64,000 nucleotides of DNA, taken from Hyalangium minutum (GTDB lineage: Bacteria; Myxococcota; Myxococcia; Myxococcales; Myxococcaceae). Below are positions 40,801 through 47,239 of the stretch, piece by piece. The notes under the pieces were generated by a model. That model was not told the origin of the DNA and made no database searches. It saw only the letters and a program-made list of their open reading frames with translations. The stretch is from positions 124,001 to 188,000 of the forward strand of contig NZ_JMCB01000014.1 of assembly GCF_000737315.1 (NCBI RefSeq), in the 5' to 3' direction. The translations under genes and the position numbers were made by a program. Within the stretch, counting starts at the first letter, position 1; the number at the start of each line of letters is the position of its first letter.

Positions 40801-41762
40801 TGCCGGTGGATGCAACGCCGCCGGCAGCGCCCTCGGTGAAAGGCTGGACCCACGGTGCCCAGCCTCAGCTCTCGGGCACCGCGGAGCCGTACAGCACGGT
40901 TCAGGTGTCTCTGAACGGCAGCCCTCAGGAGGGCTCGGCGGAGGCGAATGCCTCAGGAGCCTGGAGTCTGTCACTGACGACCCTGCTGGTGGATGGGAGC
41001 TACCAGGTCTCGGCGACTGCGCTGGATGCCGCGGGCAACCTCAGCCAGCCTTCCGTGCCGATCACCTTGATCGTGGACACGGAGGCACCGCCACCACCCG
41101 AGGTGAGCTCCCCGGGCGCACTCATCAAGAACCCCAAGCCTACCCTGGGTGGCACTGCGGAGGCCCATAGTACGGTGACGGTGTCGCTGGATGGGCACCT
41201 GCTCGGCAGGGCCATGACGGACTCGGAGGAACGCTGGAGCTTGCCTCTGCAAACGGTGCTGGAGGACGGAGTGCACACTGTCTCCGCGACTGCCACGGAT
41301 CCGCATGAGAACACGAGCCGGGACTCCGCGAAGGTCACCTTCACCGTGGACACCCAAGCTCCTGCCGCGCCCGAGGTGCTGACGCCGCAAGAGGGAACCA
41401 CGATGTCCTCCCGAACGGTCACCGCCAGCGGAACAGCGGAGGCGGACAGCACCGTGACGGTGTCCGTGGAGGGAGCGGAGAAGGGCACGGCCAAGGCCCA
41501 CCCCAGCACGGGGGCCTGGAGCCTCACCTTCGAGTTGGGGCCTGAAAACGGGGGACGAACCCTCGTGGTGACCGCCACGGATGCGGCGCTCAATGTCAGC
41601 CCTCCCGCGAAACGCACGTTCGCCGTGGATACGGGCGGTGGCTGCTCGGGCTGTGCATCAAGCCCCAGAGAGCCTTCGCTGGTTCTGCTGGGCCTGGCCG
41701 CACTGTGGCGCCTGCTCTCCCGCCGCCGCTCCACCCGAGCGTGCGCATCAAGGCCTCCCTGA
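34836..41762 (+). CDS. Giant cell-surface protein (2308 aa): AgmC-like Gly-rich N-domain, 8 bacterial Ig-like domains, 14 Kelch repeats, 3 more Ig-like domains, MYXO-CTERM-like anchor
   Basis: Signal peptide. Gly-rich N-domain (GHVANGGGGG...GGGGGGNGGAGG). Repeated P-x-V-x-TP-x-xGS-x-T-x-D-x-TP-TYSG units. Kelch AR-x2-H...LLPSGQVLVTGG...EVYDP units. C-terminal GGGCSGC...LVLLGLAALWRLLSRRR. ATG at 34836. Confidence 0.88.
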   Translation: MTNVSWKHIPRSALLAVALCALPVQAGPDNVGLGTGRDGELTVTALNTVINSYAQVTAPLAPGDTTLTVSSSTGFTASKLVLVHQTTGIVPTPPTGGTGPIDLTNDPVGRWEFARLSGVTGTTLTLTAPLLYSYAASVTQVISVPEYTHLTVDAAGSLTAQAWNGTTGGVLIFLAAGTVQLEGELNVDGKGLRGGLYVQDTLTTRTGCSGVDEAALGGAQKGEGLAVTRYGTGNTGRGHVANGGGGGVCARAGGGGGGNGGAGGVGGNTDSSLDPMTGRPVGGTGGVALTYPSVSRLTLGGGGGAGHGTTTGTRRGGAGGGIIFVRADALQGDGSINASGAQGDTVTGLSAAHGGGAGGTVYLRLRTSADCAALVQGGSGGNTNASMRFVGPGGGGGGGRALLQAVSGSCTIDTAGGNPGQTATLPPSGDWGYGAQGGANGVFVQLPEGFPVLAAPVVVTPANGSSTHDTTPTYSGTLPPPIPAGTTVSVIVDGGVVGTATPDAAGNWSFTPTTPLAPGSHTANALAINLAEAVESIPSPPHTFTVATTPPVAPVVNTPANGSRTNDNTPTYTGTAELGSTVTVIVNSSPMGTTPADAAGNWVFTPTPPLAEGSHTVSATATDAAGNVSPMSNTNAFTIDITTPEAPVVVTPANGSRTEDSTPTYAGTAEPGSTVIIIVDGPPVGIATADVAGNWAFTPTPPLAEGSHTVKATATDAAGNVSPVSNTNTFMVDATPPTVVVTTPAEGSITHDNTPTYSGTVEAGSTVTLSMDGTVVGTATVTGTTWTFTQTPPLPDGPHTVTASATNAAGTATDSTTFTVDTASPAVAVTAPAEGSSTHDTTPTYSGLVSDNGPGPYMVLVTVDGTPLGNAAVTDGTWTFDPAVPLADGPHTVTATATDLAGNTAADSNIFTVDTFAPAVSVTTPADGSTTHDSTPLYAGTVEAGATVVISVDGTEAGPALVTDTAWTFTQLTALSEGSHTVTATATDPGGNTATDSNSFTVDLTPPTVTVTTPGEGSGTNDPTLVYSGTVEAGAAVIISVDGTVVGDATVMGTRWTFTPSTPLSEGSHTVTALAMDAAGNTASDSNDFTVDLTAPAAAMVGMPANGSTITDSTLTFSGMAEPGSTLTLIVDGTVVTTSSVEPSGSWSFTPLIDLSNGSHTVTTTVTDAAGNTSPHSDTTTFIVELNQATGGWRAIGTLLTARTGHKATVLPSGKVLVIGGEGLRSDGTRGPLASTEVYDPATGTWSPTGALTTARQNHLVTTLLSGQVLVTGGEGIRSDGSRGPLASTEVYDPATGIWSPTGALTTARQNHSAVLLPSGQVLVTGGEGIDSEGTLGPLASTEVYDPATGTWSPTGALTTARQSHSATVLFSGQVLVTGGEGIDSEGTLGPLASTEVYDPATKTWSSTGALATARRNHSATMLLSGEVLVAGGEGLRSNGTRVLLASTEVYDPATKTWSPTGALVTARRNHSAVQLPSGRVLISGSEGPSGALTSTEVYAPGTGVWSPTRDLLTARSGHAVTLLPSGHVIITGGQASGRPLGSVEVYKTVGASSPTAPLTEARSGFSTVLLPNGQVLVVGGSDSDGRPLASARLYNPFTGQWSEAANMGMPRASATATLLRTGQVLVTGGRAVAHRGLQGPSADGGEVLSTAELFDPVTNTWRSTGSLQEARYAHSAILLSTGNVLVTGGLDANDTLCTTAEVYDVAAGAWSKTDSMNFPRRQHMVAQLPTGEVLAAGGRDSHDIPLASAEVYHPVQKTWTNTASMSTARATSTAALLPTGQVLVVGGANDSGTLSTAEVYDPTGRKWIRASSLNAPRKSHTALLLPTGRVLILGGSDDRHFLDDVEVYDTKQNTWETLSRLVDARENSMTLLLPSGKVLVLGGQNAMGPLANSELYDEFGAPDSRRPVVEQPSPQKPDAHFRVKGQGFTDPTGDSSRVRMQLAPLGALRDVSATGFSDTSVQVTLPGVPEGFHLLFVMVHDVAGGQVLPVDATPPAAPSVKGWTHGAQPQLSGTAEPYSTVQVSLNGSPQEGSAEANASGAWSLSLTTLLVDGSYQVSATALDAAGNLSQPSVPITLIVDTEAPPPPEVSSPGALIKNPKPTLGGTAEAHSTVTVSLDGHLLGRAMTDSEERWSLPLQTVLEDGVHTVSATATDPHENTSRDSAKVTFTVDTQAPAAPEVLTPQEGTTMSSRTVTASGTAEADSTVTVSVEGAEKGTAKAHPSTGAWSLTFELGPENGGRTLVVTATDAALNVSPPAKRTFAVDTGGGCSGCASSPREPSLVLLGLAALWRLLSRRRSTRACASRPP
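36192..38390 (+). repeat. Eight intragenic Ig-like domain repeats (about 87-93 aa each)
   Basis: Eight units counted in the translation. Units 2 and 3 are near-identical in DNA with a 279-bp offset (GCGGGCAACTGG at 36630 and 36909). Confidence 0.85.
38480..39340 (+). repeat. 159-bp intragenic tandem repeat (53-aa Kelch blades)
   Basis: ACCGAGGTGTACGATCCGGCCACG recurs at 38541, 38700, 38859, 39018 and 39177 (exact 159-bp period), with a diverged shorter copy at 39321. Confidence 0.92.
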
Positions 41763-41864
41763 GAGGTAGGGGCGAGGTGACCTGACGCCTCCTATGAAGC
41801 AGCTTGCCTCCCTGCGCACAATCCCGGGCACGCGGCGGACTCATGTCCCGCCGCGCGCCCGGCC

Positions 41865-43745
41865 ATGGCACTCCCTTCTTCCGCCTCACCCACCCAGACA
41901 GCCCCTCCGCCCCCAGTCTCACGCTCCTGGCTCCTGGCGCGGCTGGACTCCTTGCTCTCGGAGCCTCTGCGCAAGGCGCTTCCAGCGGATCTCGTCCGCT
42001 ACCGGCTCCTGGTGGGCGTCGCCTGCTTCTTCGTCTTGTTCAATACGCTCTACGCGCTGGGAGCCCTCTGGGCGGGCCTGCCCCCTGCCCCCAGCCTCGT
42101 GGCCAGCCTGCTCTACATGAGCGTCCTGGTCCTCGCGCGCCGAGCCAGCACGATCCAGCCGCCCTCGGCCCTCCTGTTGGCGTGCATGGCGATAGCCATC
42201 ATCGGGGCCACCTTCGAGGGCCGCGTCCCCTTTGTCAGCACCCACGCCATCAGCACGCTGATCCCTGTGTTCGCTGTGTACTTGGCCGGTGCTCGCGTGG
42301 GCTTCTTCGTCACCCTGACCCTGCTGATCGCCCTCTGCGTGGGCTACCCGCTCTACTTCACCCTCGCCGGACTTTCCCTGCCCCACCTCTCCCCTTCCCT
42401 GTTCTGGCTCATGCACCTGTTCTCCGGCTTGTCCTTGCTGGGAGCCTGGGGCATCGGGGCGCTGCACAACACCGCGAGGGATGCCGCCCAGGGCTCGCGC
42501 GAGCAGACGCTGAAGGCCCTGCAGCAGAGTGAGAACAAGCTCAGCAGCCTCTTGGAGAGCACCGATGATCCGGCGCTCTCGATGGACAAGGAAGGCCGGC
42601 TGATCACCGCCAACGCCGCGGCGAAGCAGGTGCACTTCCAGCAGTTCGGCAAGGAGGCGGTGGTAGGTCAGCCCTTCTGGGTCGAGGAGCCCGAGCGCGC
42701 GCGACGCTGGGCGCCTTACATGGCCCAGGCGTTCTCCGGCCAGCGCGTGCGGTTCGAAGACGAATTCGAGCTGCGGGGTTCCCTCCGCCTCATGGACATC
42801 AGCCTCAGCCCCTTGCTGGGCGAGGACGGCCAGGTGGTGGGACTGACGCTCTTCGCGCGGGACATCACCCTCCGCAAGGAGGCCGAGTCCCGGCTGGGGG
42901 AAATGCACCGGGCCCTGCTGGATGTGTCCCGGCAGGCGGGCATGGCGGAGGTGGCCACCGGCGTGCTCCACAACGTGGGCAATACCCTCAACAGCGTCAA
43001 CATCTCCACCGGCCTGGTGACGGACCGGCTCCGCGCGTCCCGAGTCTCCAGCCTGGTCCGAGCCGCCCAGCTCCTGCACAAGCACACCGCGGACCTCCCT
43101 ACCTTCTTCACGCAGGATCCAAAGGGCCAGATGTTTCCGGCCTTCCTCCTGACCCTGTCCCGGCAGTTGCAGGAGGAGCGAGACGCCCTGCTCCAGGAGA
43201 TGCGCTCCCTCAGCGAAGGGGTAGACCACATCAAGTCCATCGTCAGCATGCAGCAGCGGCACGCGAGCACCGCAGGCGTCCAGGAGCAGGTGGAGCTGCC
43301 CCAGCTCATCGACGAAGCCCTGCGCCTGCACGCCGCCTCCTTCGAGCAGCTCGGCATCCGCATCGAGCGCGACTACGCCCCGGTGCCACCCCTCTCCGTG
43401 GATCGGCACAAGCTGCTGCAGATCCTCGTCAACCTGATGAGCAACGCGCGCCACGCCTTGATGGAGAGCCCGCGCCAGGACAAGCGGCTGATCATTGGGA
43501 TCCGGCCAGAGCCTGACGGCAACCAGGTGCGCATCCAGGTGACGGACACGGGTGTGGGCATCGCCCCGGAGAACCTGCCGCGCCTGTTCATGCAGGGATT
43601 CACCACCAAGAGGACAGGCCACGGCTTCGGCCTGCACATCAGCGCGTTGGCTGCCGAGGAACTCCGCGGACGGCTCTCCAGCGAAAGCCCTGGCCTTGGC
43701 CAGGGTGCCACCTTCACGCTCGAGCTGCCGCTGGAGCCCTCGTGA
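41865..43745 (+). CDS. Membrane sensor histidine kinase with PAS domain
   Basis: Multiple N-terminal TM helices, PAS (LLESTDD...ANAAA), H-box VLHNVGN, N-box ILVNLMSNA, DTGVG and GHGFGL. Confidence 0.92.
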   Translation: MALPSSASPTQTAPPPPVSRSWLLARLDSLLSEPLRKALPADLVRYRLLVGVACFFVLFNTLYALGALWAGLPPAPSLVASLLYMSVLVLARRASTIQPPSALLLACMAIAIIGATFEGRVPFVSTHAISTLIPVFAVYLAGARVGFFVTLTLLIALCVGYPLYFTLAGLSLPHLSPSLFWLMHLFSGLSLLGAWGIGALHNTARDAAQGSREQTLKALQQSENKLSSLLESTDDPALSMDKEGRLITANAAAKQVHFQQFGKEAVVGQPFWVEEPERARRWAPYMAQAFSGQRVRFEDEFELRGSLRLMDISLSPLLGEDGQVVGLTLFARDITLRKEAESRLGEMHRALLDVSRQAGMAEVATGVLHNVGNTLNSVNISTGLVTDRLRASRVSSLVRAAQLLHKHTADLPTFFTQDPKGQMFPAFLLTLSRQLQEERDALLQEMRSLSEGVDHIKSIVSMQQRHASTAGVQEQVELPQLIDEALRLHAASFEQLGIRIERDYAPVPPLSVDRHKLLQILVNLMSNARHALMESPRQDKRLIIGIRPEPDGNQVRIQVTDTGVGIAPENLPRLFMQGFTTKRTGHGFGLHISALAAEELRGRLSSESPGLGQGATFTLELPLEPS

Positions 43746-43749
43746 GTAG

Positions 43750-45492
43750 CTACCGCAGGGGCGTCTCCAGGATGCTGGGGCGGTACTCGGTGATCTGCCC
43801 GCCGGTGAAGGTGATGCGCTGCCCCACCGCCGGCCGGGCGTCGTTGAGCACGTAGCCGAAGTCCAGCCGGAACACGTTCACGTTGAACTGCGGGAAGAGA
43901 AAGCGGATGCCCACGCCCACCGAGTGCACCAGGTTGGGCCGCCGCTCGAATGCCGAGCCCGCGTCATAGAAGAGCACCCCGCCCAGGTGCAGCGTGTGGA
44001 ATACCCACGGCGCCGTGCGGTACTCCAGGTTCACCAGAAGCAGCCGCTTCCCCGAATACGCATCCAGCGCCGAGCCTCTCAGCCCGTTGGCGCCGCCCAG
44101 CAGGCTCACCCGGTCGAACAGATCATCGATGTTCACATCCAGCAACCCGCGCGCCACGAAGCGGCCGCCCAGCACCTTCGGCGACACCTGGTGCACCTCC
44201 GCCGCCCACCGCCGGTTCGTCCACCCAGCCCCTTCGCCCAGCGCGCGGCGAATCGCACCTCCCGCCGACACGGTCGTCAGCGCATCTCCCCACCGCCAGC
44301 GGTAGCGCAGCGCAGCGCCCAGCTCCGCGTAGTGCGCCGCAGCCGCGTACACCGGCGGCGCGTACCGCACCGTCGTTACCACCGAGTGGCCGATCTGGAA
44401 GTCCTCCGAGAGCGCGTACGCGTCCACATCGCGCAGCACCTCGTAGCGGGCGTCATAGGCGGACAGCGACAGCGAGGCATAGATGGCCTCCTCGCTGCGC
44501 GGCAGGTGGTTCACCCGGAGCCACTCCCGCTGCGCGTCATCCAGCGGAGCGCTCGCGGGGGCCTCGTACTTGCGACGGTAGGCCGTCACCCCGCCCGACA
44601 CGTTCTTCTTCGAGGCCTCTCCGTAAGAGCGCGTGTAGCCGGCACCCACAGACACATCGCGCGTCTCATAGACGTAGGGCACCGGCTCGCCGTCCGGGTA
44701 CGGGAGCTGCCAGATCTCCGTCCCCTTGAACACCCGCGTCGTCGAGATGTTCCAGTCCACCGAAGTGCTGAAGCTCCACGGCGTGGACAGCGAGTACAGC
44801 GGGCGCTGCAGCACCACCGTGCCGCTGCTTCCCTCCAGCTCCCCGCTCTCCCGGCCGATGATGAGCGAGGCCGTCTCGCCCAGGTACCAGCGGCTGCCGC
44901 CCACCCGCCGGTTGATGTACGTCTGCCCGAAGCTCATCGTGTCCGGCCGCAGCAGGAAGTCCACCGCAAGCTGCTGGTTACGGCCCAGGAAGTTCTTCTC
45001 GGTGCCTTGCAGCCGCAGGGCGCGCAGGAACGAGCCCACCACATCCCAGGTCTGATTGAGCCGCAGCGACCAGAGATCCTTGGTGATGACCAGCAGTGCC
45101 ACGCCTCCTGGCTCCCGCCCCTTCACCGGTACCACGCGCACCACCGAGAAGATGCCCAGCTTGCGCAGGTTGCGTGCCGTCTCCTCGGCCAGCTCTGCCG
45201 AGTAAGGGGCCCCGAGTTCCAGCAGCACCTCACGCCGGATGACCTGCTCTCGGGTCCGCACATGAAAGATGTTCAGGAAGTCCGGGTACGGATCGCTCTC
45301 GGCGATCACCTCTTCGGGGGCGACGAGCACCGCCTCCAGCCGCTTGCCTTCGGGCTCGGGATCCAGCTCGCTCGCTTGCTGGGCGAGCCCCCACGCGAGC
45401 AGCGTCTCCTCATACCCACCCACCGAGGTTCCCGCGTCGGGCACTGTCGCCATCAGCGGCGCGACCACCAGGGTGAGCAACACGAGCGGCAC
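43750..45492 (-). CDS. Omp85 (BamA/TamA-like) outer-membrane protein with one POTRA-like domain
   Basis: TREQVIRREVLLELG...ARNLRKLGIFS (POTRA), EKNFLGRNQ at the barrel start, alternating beta-strand pattern, and C-terminal HSVGVGIRF...FRLDFGY. Confidence 0.8.
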   Translation of the reverse strand: MPLVLLTLVVAPLMATVPDAGTSVGGYEETLLAWGLAQQASELDPEPEGKRLEAVLVAPEEVIAESDPYPDFLNIFHVRTREQVIRREVLLELGAPYSAELAEETARNLRKLGIFSVVRVVPVKGREPGGVALLVITKDLWSLRLNQTWDVVGSFLRALRLQGTEKNFLGRNQQLAVDFLLRPDTMSFGQTYINRRVGGSRWYLGETASLIIGRESGELEGSSGTVVLQRPLYSLSTPWSFSTSVDWNISTTRVFKGTEIWQLPYPDGEPVPYVYETRDVSVGAGYTRSYGEASKKNVSGGVTAYRRKYEAPASAPLDDAQREWLRVNHLPRSEEAIYASLSLSAYDARYEVLRDVDAYALSEDFQIGHSVVTTVRYAPPVYAAAAHYAELGAALRYRWRWGDALTTVSAGGAIRRALGEGAGWTNRRWAAEVHQVSPKVLGGRFVARGLLDVNIDDLFDRVSLLGGANGLRGSALDAYSGKRLLLVNLEYRTAPWVFHTLHLGGVLFYDAGSAFERRPNLVHSVGVGIRFLFPQFNVNVFRLDFGYVLNDARPAVGQRITFTGGQITEYRPSILETPLR

Positions 45493-45668
45493 ATGCCCAT
45501 CTTGTCACGCGCCCGGGTTTGCCCGGGGGGACAATTGCAGGGCCAGGGAGTGAGGCCCCGCGCAAGGCAGAGTTTCATCTGGTCAACAGTCCCGGGTGAG
45601 TGGGGCTCCGTCAGTTGCCCGGAGCGCTCGGCAACCCCACAGTAGGTCCCTCATCTCGGAGAATCACC

Positions 45669-46058
45669 TTGGGATCCAAGCCCGCAGCCAGCATCCTCCT
45701 CGTCGAGGACAACGAAGACATCCGCGAGGGGCTGAGCATCCTGCTGGAGTCCGAGGGCTATGACATCACCGCCGTTGGCTCTGCGGAGGAGGGGCTCGCC
45801 CTGCTGAAGGCGCGCGGCTTCCACGTGGTGGTCACCGACTACATGCTGACGGGAGAGAGCGGCGGGTGGATGGTGGAGCAGGCCTCCCAGGCAGGCTGCC
45901 TGAACCACGCCCGGGTGCTGATGATCACCGCCCACCCGCGCGTCGTTCCGCCCCAAGGCGTGCGCATCCTCCACAAGCCGCTGGACATCGACTTCTTCCT
46001 GCGTGTGGTGGAGGAGGAGCGTGCCGCCTCGCTCCAGCGTGAGGCCAAGGCGGGTTGA
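45669..46058 (+). CDS. Single-domain response regulator
   Basis: ILLVEDN, VVTDYML, MITAH and HKPLD. The start is uncertain (TTG 45669, or GTG 45600 in the ORF track). Confidence 0.85.
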   Translation: MGSKPAASILLVEDNEDIREGLSILLESEGYDITAVGSAEEGLALLKARGFHVVVTDYMLTGESGGWMVEQASQAGCLNHARVLMITAHPRVVPPQGVRILHKPLDIDFFLRVVEEERAASLQREAKAG

Positions 46059-46079
46059 GCTGCCGTCCCGTGTTGGGGC

Positions 46080-46943
46080 TCATGCCGCGCGGAGATCTCC
46101 CGGACGCGGGGGCGGCAGCTTCTCTCCCCGGGCCACGGCAGCCACAATGCGCGCCAGCTGCTCCACGCCATCCGTCAGCGCCGCGGGTCCTGGCTGGAGG
46201 ATGAAGCTGCTCTTCACCTCATAGAGCTGGTCGTCCACCACCGCCCGGACCGCCGCCCAACCCGGCCGCGAGACGATCTTCTCCCGCTTCGCCTTGCGGC
46301 CGCACCAGCTCGCGATGACCGCCTCAGGGTCCCGCTGGGCCACGGCCTCGGGGGTGAAGATGCGGCCCTTGGCCTCCGGGTGCTCCCGGGACTCACGGCA
46401 CACGTCCTCACCGCCCACCAGCTCCACCAGCTCCGAGCACCAGCGAATGCCGGAGATCAGCGGCTCGTGCCACTCCTCGAAGAAGACCCGGGGCCGCCGA
46501 GGCAGCTTCTCCGCCGCCTCCGCGTGCCGCTCCAGGTTCGCCGTCAGCTCGTCCGCGAGCTTCTCCGAGGCCTCCGCCCGGCCCACCAGCGCCCCCACCA
46601 CGCGCACCGTCTGGAGGATCTCCGCGATGGAGCGCTGGTTGAACAGGTACACGGGCACACCGCGCTTGCACAGCTCGCGCCCCAGGTCCGCCTGCAGGTC
46701 CGAGAACCCCAGCACCAGGTCCGGCTTCAGCTCCAAGATGCGCTCGAAGTTGGCATCCAGGAACGAGCTCACCCGTGGCTTCTTGCGCGCCTCGGGCGGC
46801 CGCACCGTGAAGCCGGACACCCCCACCACCAGGTCCCCCGCGCCAATGCGGTACAGTGTCTCCGTCGTCTCCTCCGTCATACAGACGATGCGCTGAGGAT
46901 GACGCGGCGCGGAGGACAGCAAGCTCGCGAGTCGGGCATTCAT
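46080..46943 (-). CDS. Cobalamin/iron-siderophore periplasmic-binding-type protein (BtuF-like)
   Basis: PQRIVCMTEETTETLYRIG, ERILELKPDLVLGFSD and ILQPGPAAL. No obvious signal peptide. Confidence 0.8.
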   Translation of the reverse strand: MNARLASLLSSAPRHPQRIVCMTEETTETLYRIGAGDLVVGVSGFTVRPPEARKKPRVSSFLDANFERILELKPDLVLGFSDLQADLGRELCKRGVPVYLFNQRSIAEILQTVRVVGALVGRAEASEKLADELTANLERHAEAAEKLPRRPRVFFEEWHEPLISGIRWCSELVELVGGEDVCRESREHPEAKGRIFTPEAVAQRDPEAVIASWCGRKAKREKIVSRPGWAAVRAVVDDQLYEVKSSFILQPGPAALTDGVEQLARIVAAVARGEKLPPPRPGDLRAA

Positions 46944-47239
46944 GGGTGAGGGCGAGGTCTAGCGCAGGTTCCTGGCGGAACGGAGACCTCCTCCGCGCTC
47001 TCGAAGGGGCTCGCCGAGCCCTACCTGTTGGATGGGAGGGACGTGCCCTCGCTCACGGATGTGCGCACGGTGCTGGCCGAGGCGCTCTTGACGCACTGCG
47101 GCCTTGCCACAATCGAGGCCATCTTTCCAGGGGTTGGCCGGGGACCCGCCCTCCCTGGTCTCTTGGGTGGCTGAGGGTCATTTGCTACCATACCCCCCGG
47201 ATTGGCCTTGATGCCGCCTGTAGGGCGGCGGGGAAGCAC

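Noticed and set aside
46944-47239. Possible cobalamin riboswitch next to the btuF-like gene
   Set aside because: Only a GGAGACCT-like fragment is present. The B12-box and the other conserved cores were not found by eye.
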